Shown piece after piece: positions 19,801 to 28,284 of a stretch of DNA of 64,000 nt; within the stretch, counting starts at the first letter, position 1, and every line of letters starts with the position of its first letter. Made by a program: the position numbers and the translations under genes. The DNA comes from a virus: IMG/VR virus record IMGVR_UViG_3300025168_000032, positions 96,001-160,000 of that record; one strand, 5' to 3'. The notes beneath the pieces are model-generated. The model made no database searches, was not told the origin of the DNA, and was given only the letters and a program-made list of their open reading frames with translations.

Positions 19801-21439
19801 TTTCTTCTTAGGAGATCTGATTCACACAGTATTGGACGCGATGCACTATCCTAAAAATAGAGTTACTGACAAAATAGATCCAAAAGCATTTGAAAACTTT
19901 GATTCTAAAAGTAACCAAGAAGTAGGTAAAAGAATATGTCATTTAAAAAATATAAACATTCTTTTACCAAGTTTCGATTACATAGAAAAAAAACCAAAAG
20001 CACGAAGTGCTGTAATTCCTATGAATGTTGCCGAGATCCCTGTCGCTGTTGATTACTTTCTTGAATTCATGACACAGCAAGTAATCAAAGGAGAAAGAAA
20101 ATCATACCCTGTCATGGATATGATAAGAGACCTAACAAGAAACCTCGTAGTAGATATTCTTAGCGAAAAGTGCCATGACCTTAAAGACGTTAAAAAAACT
20201 GACTTCTCACACACTGCGTTTGTAGGTTCTGGTAATAACGGTGGAGACCCGCTAAGAGGATTAAGGAGTGGTAAAGATGGTATTATTTATACCGATAAAC
20301 ATTTCAAAAAAGGTGGTGGATTACCGATTAAGGCAGTAGAGTCCAATATGCATTCTAAAGATTTCCAGCAGTATCTTGTTTTATACCCCAAGCAAGGGAC
20401 CGACAAATACAACGGTTCAGGTAATCTAAAAGAAGATGCAAAAGCGGGAGTATATCATTACGAGATTGGAGCGAGAGCAGGTCTTCTAAAAAAGATAAAG
20501 TTCACCAAAACAGATATGGTATACTTGAGGGAATCTAGGTTTATCGAGCAAGGTAATGACGGTTTATTACAACTGGGAGCAGTATATCAAGCTAGCATTG
20601 ATATGATCGGTAACACGTTGTATTTTCCCGGAATGAATTTGTGGATAGAACCAACCTCTCTTGGGACAGGCCACGAAATGGACCCACGAAGACCCGGCTC
20701 GGCAGCAAACAAACTCGGATTTGGCGGTTACCATCAAATAATCAGAGTTTCTTGCGAAATCACTCCGGGCAAGTTTTCCACAAATGTTAAAGCATTATTT
20801 ACATATAGCGGTGATGGCGGCAAAGGTTATACCGGTAAAAAGAAGCCGGCTGTGAAACCAAAGGTTAAAGAGCCAGATAAGAGCGCTAAGAGTGGTGCTA
20901 GCAAGTTAGGCACAAAACCTAGCGGAGAAAAGCAAACAAGTGCAGAAAAAACGTATTGCAACGTATTTATAAACCACAGACAACAACAATTACAAGGGCT
21001 ATTTGCAGAGCAGTCAGCAGGCCTAAAAACAATTGGTTTGTCTGGACCTGCACCTACTGTTATTAATCTCGGGGGCGCAATAGGTGCCAGCACCGGGGTG
21101 GCGTCTGTATCTGAAACGGCCTCAAAGGCCGCTAAAGAAAAATTACCTAACGAGAATATGGAAAAGGACTCTAAGAAAGTAGATCCCGCAAAAGAATCTC
21201 CGTGGGGATGGGTTGCTGAGTCCGAAGAGCACGGTAGATGGGTCAAGATTGGTTGGAAATCGGGAGGTATGATATATGATGAGCAAGGGAACCCACTAGA
21301 GATAGTGAATCCGGCGCCACCATTTGCTGAAGCGTCCCGTCCTGATGCCTTTGATACGAGCGACGAAGAATCAGATAAAGATGCTATTAAGAGATTAGAG
21401 GAAGAAACTAAGGAACCAGAGTCATCTGACTTGGGCTGA
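16841..21439 (+). CDS. Large baseplate hub protein (gp27-like core with extensions)
   Basis: Synteny after LysM; C-terminal ASIDMIGNTLYFPGMNLWI and GGYHQIIRVSCEITPGKFSTNVKA resemble hub protein C-termini. Confidence 0.6.
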   Translation: MASEVYKHWQKIYKEGTDTQVTSYKTLHGSRLDSLDDLPPDVYAYALKKYTESKNWGWFSTKATEMPPMSDDDYKWSIKQAFNTNNKDVKASEWHEILRYQWFRFKSIGLTKYSQMHLNWFLLWFKYPHETVSIGNVGGGLANSATKIKNKALQAKYLDLIISKKETGITKFIGKLSPKQFSKDVKTKVESLLQSPVDIVAPALIVGPKSDYTISAVKVAGTIETVKGNAFHLTTIDTKHDSDKASWFEKTSKAAVEGFASGVFGITLNLENLVDRYQDAKNPNDITNRKWVSSPAGFSAKYRGVDAKFEAAITKGLEAMPGLSKFFVKGQEGTGKTTEHIYKWKLEAGLKGVNDLRDLPEKKGISKELFDAIEAELNGQYLKFMDKLDWTTFLNKEKLAKGEQLDYSGDTQMQKYGNAADQAADVIAKLYASARQRVLLEEFISDLGKDSTAAEKAAKAKDPNASLTAEQISALGAASMTDAQAASDKRLADGIASASKASNRVNEMPPEADKLTEDEINEKRKYVKQCALILNFSDLKMKYEEKRLDDRKAKRGAHKTAWFDNRFIMVDTNKLRRRDILNQLFVPKMEDIEPFMKLTPDLVSALTPKIRLFKIWNEGCDLHQQEIAFPNFEDPSRISALRNLKAGIDRGNGSGIKSLNWTYEGTNPAEARSAIGMELTLFFQSFEEIIKKRDNGSSEYRYVDLLLHPESTKTKSKKDQGSFNPYAQQNSENYRVRVDVGWQNITGKVRELFNRRGDLGITADNVNDAINRINKSFYLTLVDHEMDIKENGNIEIKASYRAYTETALQDKHIDALASPMIIGHRAQFGTELQKLINDGDCSVDQYKELRATYAAIDDEFRIAAYRSIMKRMMMRGHVHFCKMNRDQIGGGFKLKGGKVFEGAPKLEWPNNKGTYGDAKLKDHTSGKSKTPPPKKEAAEKVESAEKVKKAADAAKKTLTKPEEKDLKSTRTFEQLPSLKDAEDTVSFFFLGDLIHTVLDAMHYPKNRVTDKIDPKAFENFDSKSNQEVGKRICHLKNINILLPSFDYIEKKPKARSAVIPMNVAEIPVAVDYFLEFMTQQVIKGERKSYPVMDMIRDLTRNLVVDILSEKCHDLKDVKKTDFSHTAFVGSGNNGGDPLRGLRSGKDGIIYTDKHFKKGGGLPIKAVESNMHSKDFQQYLVLYPKQGTDKYNGSGNLKEDAKAGVYHYEIGARAGLLKKIKFTKTDMVYLRESRFIEQGNDGLLQLGAVYQASIDMIGNTLYFPGMNLWIEPTSLGTGHEMDPRRPGSAANKLGFGGYHQIIRVSCEITPGKFSTNVKALFTYSGDGGKGYTGKKKPAVKPKVKEPDKSAKSGASKLGTKPSGEKQTSAEKTYCNVFINHRQQQLQGLFAEQSAGLKTIGLSGPAPTVINLGGAIGASTGVASVSETASKAAKEKLPNENMEKDSKKVDPAKESPWGWVAESEEHGRWVKIGWKSGGMIYDEQGNPLEIVNPAPPFAEASRPDAFDTSDEESDKDAIKRLEEETKEPESSDLG

Positions 21440-21519
21440 CGTTTTCGCAGGAACCGGGTAGGGGTCTTTTTGACAACTGGAGTAGCGACGAATAGTTATG
21501 GTATGGAGGTACAATTTCA

Positions 21520-22746
21520 ATGGCTAGCAAATTTAAAGGAAGAAACTCAATAAAATCGAGTATAAAGTTATATTATGAAAGAAGCAACTTTCACCTTAAT
21601 GCATATAACGATTTTGAAATATCTAACAGTTTAAGAGATTTAACTTTTGGAGAATTCCAAATGTATGGCAGGGTTGATACAAATATGTTACCAGTCGTAC
21701 CTAAAGAGGATTTTTTAGTAAGCGTATCAGCACCACAGGCACAAGAGGAGGCAGTAAGGGTATTCGACTTTGTTTTTGAAGCCTTTCAGAATGTCCAAAG
21801 TGCTTTTAGAAACGCATGTTTGCTTAACAAAGTACCCCAAGACGATCCGTACTTATCGGTAATCAACGCTGTAAAGGGCTACGAAAGTCCAGTGGATTTG
21901 TATTCTCAATATATGGAAGACATGTTAAAGGTCTATGCAGAAACATATATTGTTGCCCAAAACCGAAGAGCAAATATTATTACAATTAATGACTACATGG
22001 GTGAACTTGTAAATTATTTGAAAGTTTTAACATCCACGCTTCCTCTTACATTCTCGTCTTGGCAAAAGACAAATAAATCATCGATTTTTACTTCTGGGCT
22101 AGCCATCAGCATCGCTGATCTAAGTATAGACAATGATGCTGTCAAAGATGTTAATTTTTTATCTAATCCGGCATTCCAATATTACCTAAATGTCTGTAAG
22201 CAAAACGGATTTAATGTATCTAAAAATTCTCCGTGGGTCATATTCGCTGATATAGATTCACAAGTTATGAAACAAAACCATTTGATCCAGAGGCTCATAA
22301 CATCCCCAGCTTCTTTATTTGCTAATAGATTTGATGATGCATATACATTAGATATACAATTATTAGAAGAGGTAATTACAAGAAACTATAATAAATTTGT
22401 ATTATTTTATCCTATAGAAAAAAAATATAGTACATGTAATAATAATAAATTAATATATAATATAATAAATAGAAATAATATTAATAGTATAACAGAATCT
22501 GTTAAGAAGTCAAGGATAATAAGTATTTATGCAAATATGAAAAATATTGAGGAAAATTACATATTTAGAAAAGCTGATCTCAATATTTTAATAAAAAATG
22601 CAAATAACTTTGCCACAAGATTTGACATCCAGAGAGCAATGGGATATATTAACGAAAGATTCCGGCAGACTTTTAAATCTAAGAACGGCGGGATCAACTC
22701 GATCATCAGATCAAATAAAAATTATGAAAATAGACGTGGAGGGTAG
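21520..22746 (+). CDS. Hypothetical protein (end of structural module)
   Basis: 408-aa ORF with GGAGG RBS; no recognisable motif. Confidence 0.6.
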   Translation: MASKFKGRNSIKSSIKLYYERSNFHLNAYNDFEISNSLRDLTFGEFQMYGRVDTNMLPVVPKEDFLVSVSAPQAQEEAVRVFDFVFEAFQNVQSAFRNACLLNKVPQDDPYLSVINAVKGYESPVDLYSQYMEDMLKVYAETYIVAQNRRANIITINDYMGELVNYLKVLTSTLPLTFSSWQKTNKSSIFTSGLAISIADLSIDNDAVKDVNFLSNPAFQYYLNVCKQNGFNVSKNSPWVIFADIDSQVMKQNHLIQRLITSPASLFANRFDDAYTLDIQLLEEVITRNYNKFVLFYPIEKKYSTCNNNKLIYNIINRNNINSITESVKKSRIISIYANMKNIEENYIFRKADLNILIKNANNFATRFDIQRAMGYINERFRQTFKSKNGGINSIIRSNKNYENRRGG

Positions 22747-23937
22747 ATGAACTTTCAAATTCTTGATGATAAAGTAGAATGCTTCGGAGTATATAGCAAT
22801 GGAAAATTTACATATGATAGAATACCTGATAATGTCACAGGAACTTGGCAATGGGATAAGCGGTTTGGTAATCGCGATATTCGTTATGCTAGCATTTATT
22901 CTGGTGGTGAATCCATTTCTAAAGCGGCTCCAGAGCATCTCCGACCAAGATTCGAAAAAAGAGAATCCAAAATCCGATCCTTCATCAACTCAGCATTGAA
23001 TGCGAAGATAAAACTTAGTGAACTTTGTTTATTCGAGGTTATTCCAGAGCAGCATTTGATGCACTATTGTGAAATCAAAAATGAAATATGCGAATGGATC
23101 TTCGAAAATAACCAACAGCCTCAAAATCACGGCTTTATGGTTGATTTACACCAGATGGCTAATGATATATCACGTAACCCTATCTTAGTCGACCAAAATG
23201 CCCTCAGAAAGGCATCCAAAACTGACTTGAAGGCAAATGCGCTGCTTAATTCACTAGGTGGCAAAAACAAGCCTATTTGCTATGATGTTTGGGGATCTAA
23301 GACAGGTAGGCTGACCACCAAACAGGGATCTTTCCCAATAATGAACCTGAAAAAAGAAATTGCGAATTGTGTTGTTCCGAAGAACCATGTTTTCGTTCAA
23401 TTCGACCTTAACGGTGCCGAGATTCGCACCTTTATTTCTCTATCTACGGACACCCATCCCTCTGTAGATATACACACATGGAATATGGAGAATGTACTTG
23501 AGAACGTAACGGAGCGAAACAAGGCTAAGAAGAAGTTTCTCGCTTGGTTCTATAACCCACACTCTGATGTTGTCCAGTCGGAACATTATGATCGCAACCT
23601 TTTGTTAAATAAATATTACAATGGTAACATGGTTTCAACTCCTTTTGGCAGAGAAATAGAGGCTGACGACTTCCATGCTTTGAATTACCTGCTACAATCG
23701 TCATCGTCAGACAATTGCATGACTCAGTGTATTAAGATAAATAAGTTCCTGACTAACAATAAGTCCTTTGTTCATTCGGTTGTGCATGATTCAATTACAA
23801 TTGATCTGGATTTTGCAGATCGAAATCTTCTACCACAAATTCAAGAGTTGTTTGAAGATACGCAATTGGGGTGGTTTAAATCTTCTGTGCAAGTTGGCCA
23901 CAATCTTCGCGATTTAAGGGAGATATCATGGTCTTAA
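22747..23937 (+). CDS. polA: Compact family A DNA polymerase (polymerase domain)
   Basis: KTGRLT, motif A FDLNGAEIR, motif B RNKAKKKFLAWFYN, VSTPFGR, LNYLLQSSSSD, motif C VVHDSI. Confidence 0.85.
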   Translation: MNFQILDDKVECFGVYSNGKFTYDRIPDNVTGTWQWDKRFGNRDIRYASIYSGGESISKAAPEHLRPRFEKRESKIRSFINSALNAKIKLSELCLFEVIPEQHLMHYCEIKNEICEWIFENNQQPQNHGFMVDLHQMANDISRNPILVDQNALRKASKTDLKANALLNSLGGKNKPICYDVWGSKTGRLTTKQGSFPIMNLKKEIANCVVPKNHVFVQFDLNGAEIRTFISLSTDTHPSVDIHTWNMENVLENVTERNKAKKKFLAWFYNPHSDVVQSEHYDRNLLLNKYYNGNMVSTPFGREIEADDFHALNYLLQSSSSDNCMTQCIKINKFLTNNKSFVHSVVHDSITIDLDFADRNLLPQIQELFEDTQLGWFKSSVQVGHNLRDLREISWS

Positions 23938-24740
23938 TAGGATTAGGAACAGCAGGAACTGGTATTGTCAACAGATTTTCCAGCATTCATAAAAAGATAT
24001 GCATAACCGAATCTGATTTTCCATCTAAGTGCATGAAGGAAGAGGATTTTGAAGAATGCTGTCCGAAGTTTAAAAAGAAACTGTCCTTTAAAGAGGACGA
24101 GTGTTGGTTTGTAGTTTGTGGCGGTAGTAAATGTTCGTCTGCGTCTCTTGCGCTTTTAGAGACCATTAAGCATAAAAAGATAAATATTATTTATATATGT
24201 CCGGACCCTAACTTGTCTGGCTCCACAATAATGAGAAGGCACAAAGTGGTGTACAATGTACTACAGGAATATACAAGATCTGGCCTTTTCAATACCATGT
24301 GTTTGATTTCAAATCGAGAAACATTAAAATCTATAGGTGACCAGTCAATAATGGATATGTATTCTAACCTTAACGCGATTATATCAAATACCATTGAAAC
24401 TATAGAATGGTTTAAATCAGAAGAGTCAGTTATGGGCTCACTACATGAAACAAAATCAATTTCAAAAATTTATACAGTTTCAATCGGAAACTTCAGCGAA
24501 GACGAAGAAAACTTACTATTTTTACTTGACAATACTACAGAGACGTGGTATATTTATAGTGTAAGCAAGGAAAACCTAGAAAAAAATAAAGATCTGATTC
24601 CAATTATAAGAAACCGAGTTATTGCTGACGAAGAAAAAAATATTAATTCTTCTTTTGCAATTTATTCATCTGAACATAAACAATCATATTTTTATTCAAT
24701 TAAATTCACACACTATATACAATCCATGGAGGCGAAATGA
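23928..24740 (+). CDS. Divergent tubulin/FtsZ-superfamily protein
   Basis: N-terminal LIGLGTAGTGIV (T1 loop), degenerate T4 loop CGGSKCSSAS, later P, SN and N landmarks in the expected order. Confidence 0.65.
   Translation: MVLIGLGTAGTGIVNRFSSIHKKICITESDFPSKCMKEEDFEECCPKFKKKLSFKEDECWFVVCGGSKCSSASLALLETIKHKKINIIYICPDPNLSGSTIMRRHKVVYNVLQEYTRSGLFNTMCLISNRETLKSIGDQSIMDMYSNLNAIISNTIETIEWFKSEESVMGSLHETKSISKIYTVSIGNFSEDEENLLFLLDNTTETWYIYSVSKENLEKNKDLIPIIRNRVIADEEKNINSSFAIYSSEHKQSYFYSIKFTHYIQSMEAK
24526..24554 (+). promoter_or_regulatory. sigma70-type promoter inside tubulin gene
   Basis: TTGACA-N17-TATATT with extended TG. Confidence 0.6.
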
Positions 24741-25117
24741 TAGAAAATGAGAGCGGTAACCCACTTTATAATAAATTTACCGAGCAACACTACCAAACAA
24801 TGCAAGAATTCGCGAATGATGTCGACCTTACATTTTTAGTTGAAATCGTAGAAGATGAAGGTCATTCTGCGTTGGGCTTGTTAGAAGAAATCGAACTTGA
24901 TTCACACGCTGATTATAAACGCGGATACAATTCATATCTTAAAATTTATGAGGATTCTGATGGCGGCACATGGGGAATTGAATACTCTGTGGATAATTGG
25001 GGTGAATATTTTGATGTTAGCAAGTTCCAAAAATATAAGCAAAAGACCAAAATAATTGAAAAAGAATATTGGAGCCCAATTAGTTCAAATAAATTAAAAA
25101 AGAATTTGACAAATTAA
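24737..25117 (+). CDS. Hypothetical protein
   Basis: GGAGG RBS, ATGA overlap with upstream stop. Confidence 0.65.
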   Translation: MIENESGNPLYNKFTEQHYQTMQEFANDVDLTFLVEIVEDEGHSALGLLEEIELDSHADYKRGYNSYLKIYEDSDGGTWGIEYSVDNWGEYFDVSKFQKYKQKTKIIEKEYWSPISSNKLKKNLTN

Positions 25118-25134
25118 CCTTAATAGGCTATATT
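25106..25134 (+). promoter_or_regulatory. sigma70-type promoter
   Basis: TTGACA-N17-TATATT. Confidence 0.7.
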
Positions 25135-25274
25135 ACAAGAGAACAACAAAAAGAGATAAACTTTGTATTGCATTTGGTCTTTGATGATATACTTTAATCA
25201 CACAATATCACATTCTACCTTATCAAAAAAGCACAAATCTCGCACTCACTCATAAATAATACACTGGAGGTAAC

Positions 25275-25526
25275 ATGAGTACATTTACACAATACACCGG
25301 AACATTCGTAAAGCGTAACGGAAACCGTCGAACAATGAGTTTTATCAAGATCACTGATCTTCCAAAAACTATGGTAACCTCGACAAAGGATCGTTATCCA
25401 AAAAGTAATGGTGAAATTGAAGTTGTATATGATACGGAAAGAGATGGTTTCCGTACATTCAATCACGGTACTGTCGTAGGAACCGTTTCATCAAAACCTG
25501 TCAATCGTTCATTTGACAACCAATAA
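25275..25526 (+). CDS. Small SH3/WYL_2-like protein
   Basis: FVKRNGNRRTM...VVYDTERDGFRTFN pattern; GGAGG RBS. Confidence 0.6.
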   Translation: MSTFTQYTGTFVKRNGNRRTMSFIKITDLPKTMVTSTKDRYPKSNGEIEVVYDTERDGFRTFNHGTVVGTVSSKPVNRSFDNQ

Positions 25527-25541
25527 CCAATAGGTTATATT
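25513..25541 (+). promoter_or_regulatory. sigma70-type promoter for SSB gene
   Basis: TTGACA-N17-TATATT. Confidence 0.75.
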
Positions 25542-25545
25542 AAAA

Positions 25546-25689
25546 GTGTTGAGTGTTTTGAATAGTGAAGAGGCCTGAATAGTAGAACTCCAAACTCTAA
25601 AAACACTCAACCACTGTGGCGGAGGGGATTCCCCCTCCGACCTTAGTCTTTATAGACAAAAAACTTAGCTAACAAAAGGAAAAAATATC
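25546..25689 (+). promoter_or_regulatory. Structured 5' leader of SSB gene
   Basis: Perfect 12-bp stem GTTGAGTGTTTT (25548-59) / AAAACACTCAAC (25600-11); 8-bp hairpin CGGAGGGG/CCCCTCCG (25620-39) with no U-tract; A-rich segment before ATG. Confidence 0.6.
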
Positions 25690-26466
25690 ATGGCTTTAAA
25701 TATAGAACAAATGAGAGCAAAGCTCGAAGTGTCACGTAACGGTGGCAAAAAACAAGATAACACTAAATGGCGCCCTTCTGAGGGTGATCAAACTGTTCGC
25801 ATCATTCCTACTGATGATGGTGACCCTTTCAAGGAATTTCATTTCCATTATAATGTTGGAAGGAACCCCGGCATTCTTTGCCCCAAACGTAATCATGGGG
25901 AAGACTGTCCAATATGTGATTTCGCCTCAAAGTTGTGGCGACAAGGTGTCGAAGGTAACGACGATACCGCCAAAAGAGAAGCAAAGAAATTATTTGCTCG
26001 AAAGCGCTATTACTCACCGATTATTGTTAGAGGTGAGGAGAGCAAAGGCGTAAGGGTGTGGGCTTATGGCAAAATGGCTTATGAGACTCTACTTTCTTAC
26101 GTTTTAGATCCGGATTATGGTGACATTACTCATGCCGAAACAGGTACTGATGTTGTACTTAACTATGCCATACCCGGAACTCCGGGATCTTTTCCCAAGA
26201 CCACGCTTAAGCCCCGTCGACGGCCATCAGTGTTGTGTGATGAAGACGTAGCTGATTGTGACGAATTATTAAACTCTGTACCTGAGATGGAGACTCTCTT
26301 TCAACGACATTCTACCTCCGAAGTTCAATCGTTGTTGGACGAATACCTATCCTCCGATGAATCCTCCGAGTCTCTCTCAAGCGAAACGGGAAAATATAAT
26401 AAACAAAAAACTGTCGATGATGCATTAAAATCATTTATGAACAACGATACATCAATGGTTCGATAG
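25690..26466 (+). CDS. Single-stranded DNA-binding protein, T4 gp32-like
   Basis: VRIIP...PFKEFHFHY, CP......CPICD zinc motif, RYYSPIIVRG, DITHAETGTD, acidic C-terminus. Confidence 0.85.
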   Translation: MALNIEQMRAKLEVSRNGGKKQDNTKWRPSEGDQTVRIIPTDDGDPFKEFHFHYNVGRNPGILCPKRNHGEDCPICDFASKLWRQGVEGNDDTAKREAKKLFARKRYYSPIIVRGEESKGVRVWAYGKMAYETLLSYVLDPDYGDITHAETGTDVVLNYAIPGTPGSFPKTTLKPRRRPSVLCDEDVADCDELLNSVPEMETLFQRHSTSEVQSLLDEYLSSDESSESLSSETGKYNKQKTVDDALKSFMNNDTSMVR

Positions 26467-26482
26467 TGTGGTTAAGTGTGAC

Positions 26483-26517
26483 GCCCCCAGCACTATAAAT
26501 ATGGGGGCATTTTTTTT
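26483..26517 (+). terminator. Rho-independent terminator
   Basis: GCCCCCA...TGGGGGC plus T8 tract. Confidence 0.85.
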
Positions 26518-26529
26518 ATTGGAGCAAAT

Positions 26530-26646
26530 ATGAATATATTATTATTAATTTTATTAATCGCTTGTGGTGATGAGGAAGACTCAGCGTCAGACACAGGTGA
26601 CGAAACAACAGAGACAGAGACTGAAGCCTATATTAGGTATCACTAA
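26530..26646 (+). CDS. 38-aa putative lipoprotein (not in ORF track)
   Basis: MNILLLILLIA-CGDEEDSASDTGDE...; GGAG RBS; hydrophobic core plus lipobox-like LIAC. Confidence 0.6.
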   Translation: MNILLLILLIACGDEEDSASDTGDETTETETEAYIRYH

Positions 26647-26657
26647 AGGAGAAAACA

Positions 26658-27746
26658 ATGGGAAAGGTGATCGAAATGACTGAACACACAGGAAAAATTA
26701 ACGTTGGCGACTTAGCCAAGAAAATAAATAAGAAATTGGGCATCAAAGTTGCCCACGATTTGAATGAATCTAACCCAGTCTCTGTTAAAGATTGGATTCC
26801 AACTGGGTCTCGTTGGCTTGACTGTTCAATTAAGCCCGGAGAATACGCTGGTATCCCTGTCGGTAAAATCACAGAACTTGCTGGTTTATCTGGGGCTGGC
26901 AAGTCCTTTATGGCTGCTCAGATCGCAGGCAACGCTCAAAAGAAAGGTATGTTTGTCGTATATTTTGATGCAGAATCAGCGATAGATGAGGACTTTTTGG
27001 TGAAGGCTGGGTGCACCAAGGATCAATTGTTATATCAACAAGCAGTCTCAGTCGAAAAAACATTAGAAACGATGGAATATGTAATGGGCGAGTATAGTGA
27101 TGCAAGAGTTCTGTTTATTTGGGATTCTATTGCTGCAACCCCATCTGAAAAAGACCTTGAAGGAGATTATAACCCTCAATCTTCAATGGCTGTGAAGCCA
27201 AGAATTTTTTCCAAGGCATTTCCCAAACTTACGATCCCATTGGCGAATACTGAATCAACACTATTGTTGATTAATCAGTTAAAGACAAACATCTCTTCAC
27301 GACCAGCAGAGATGCTTATGGAGCCGTATATAGCTCCGGGTGGAAAAGCTATTGAGTACTTTTCCTCTTTGCGTATTTGGCTTACAAAGAGAAGAGCAAA
27401 AGCGTCATTTGCACTTGACGATGATGGCGTAAGAGTCGGGTCTCACGTCAAGGCCTTCATAAAGAAATCCAGAATGGGATCAGAAGGAAGGGTATGTGAG
27501 TTCAAGATAATGTGGGGAGGTCCAAAGGTTAGAATACAAGATGAAGAGTCTTGGCTAGACGTCCTTAAAGTTTCAAAACACCCCAATTTCACGCTCTCTG
27601 GGGCGTGGTACACAATGGTAGGGAAAGATGGAAAAGGTGTTAAATTTCAATCAAAACAGTGGCTTACTAAGCTAAAAGAAGAGAGTTTTAGGGAGACTGT
27701 TATTTCTTTAATGGATGAAGTTCTGATAGAGAAATATAAGTCGTAG
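26658..27746 (+). CDS. recA: RecA/UvsX recombinase
   Basis: IPTGS, GIPVGKITELAGLSGAGKS (Walker A), FDAESA, WDSIAA, LINQLK, PGGKAIEY. Confidence 0.95.
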   Translation: MGKVIEMTEHTGKINVGDLAKKINKKLGIKVAHDLNESNPVSVKDWIPTGSRWLDCSIKPGEYAGIPVGKITELAGLSGAGKSFMAAQIAGNAQKKGMFVVYFDAESAIDEDFLVKAGCTKDQLLYQQAVSVEKTLETMEYVMGEYSDARVLFIWDSIAATPSEKDLEGDYNPQSSMAVKPRIFSKAFPKLTIPLANTESTLLLINQLKTNISSRPAEMLMEPYIAPGGKAIEYFSSLRIWLTKRRAKASFALDDDGVRVGSHVKAFIKKSRMGSEGRVCEFKIMWGGPKVRIQDEESWLDVLKVSKHPNFTLSGAWYTMVGKDGKGVKFQSKQWLTKLKEESFRETVISLMDEVLIEKYKS

Positions 27747-27769
27747 TTTGTGTGTTTGATCATTGTGCT

Positions 27770-27802
27770 AACCCTCGGTTGAAATATACCGAGGGTTTTT
27801 TA
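27770..27802 (+). terminator. Rho-independent terminator after recA
   Basis: AACCCTCGGT-N8-ACCGAGGGTT 10-bp stem plus T tract. Confidence 0.88.
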
Positions 27803-27803
27803 T

Positions 27804-27832
27804 TTGACAAACATATGTGTATGGGTTACATT
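27804..27832 (+). promoter_or_regulatory. sigma70-type promoter
   Basis: TTGACA-N17-TACATT. Confidence 0.7.
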
Positions 27833-27852
27833 ACTTAAACATCGGAGGAAAT

Positions 27853-28284
27853 ATGAGTTATAGAGATTCATCAAACCAATCAGGGGACATCAGCGAAATA
27901 ACAATTAAGCTTGATTTAATTAAGAAAGGATATGTGGTCTTAGAACCATCTTCTAGAGATTGTGTATATGACCTTGTTGTGGACATGGACGGAACCTTTG
28001 AGACAGTTCAGTGCAAAACAATGCAAAATAACAGCATAACAAAGATCGTAGATCGATCAAATGAGGTTGTGTGCGCTGGCGGCAAAACAAGAAACTCATT
28101 GGACTATGCCGAGCATGGTGTTAATTGGCTAGTTGGTTGCCGCAAGGAGACAGCCGAAACATATTATTACAAACTTAAAACGTATGCTGCGATTCCGGGA
28201 AAATCGTTTAGTGTTCTGAAGAATCCACAAGACGGCTTTCCAAGTCGTGTAGTGCCAAATAGACACGCAAGGGGGAATAAATAA
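27853..28284 (+). CDS. PD-(D/E)XK endonuclease (free-standing homing-endonuclease-like)
   Basis: GDISE...YDLVVD....ETVQCKT pattern; GGAGG RBS supports ATG 27853. Confidence 0.75.
   Translation: MSYRDSSNQSGDISEITIKLDLIKKGYVVLEPSSRDCVYDLVVDMDGTFETVQCKTMQNNSITKIVDRSNEVVCAGGKTRNSLDYAEHGVNWLVGCRKETAETYYYKLKTYAAIPGKSFSVLKNPQDGFPSRVVPNRHARGNK

Noticed and set aside
23928-24740. Claim that this is a nucleus-forming (Chimalliviridae-type) phage because of the tubulin homolog
   Set aside because: No chimallin-like or multisubunit phage RNA polymerase genes recognised here; virion genes are T4-like and promoters are sigma70-type
25560-25600. Possible hammerhead ribozyme (CTGAATAG...AAAC)
   Set aside because: Lacks the CUGANGA and GAAA core; kept only as a structured leader
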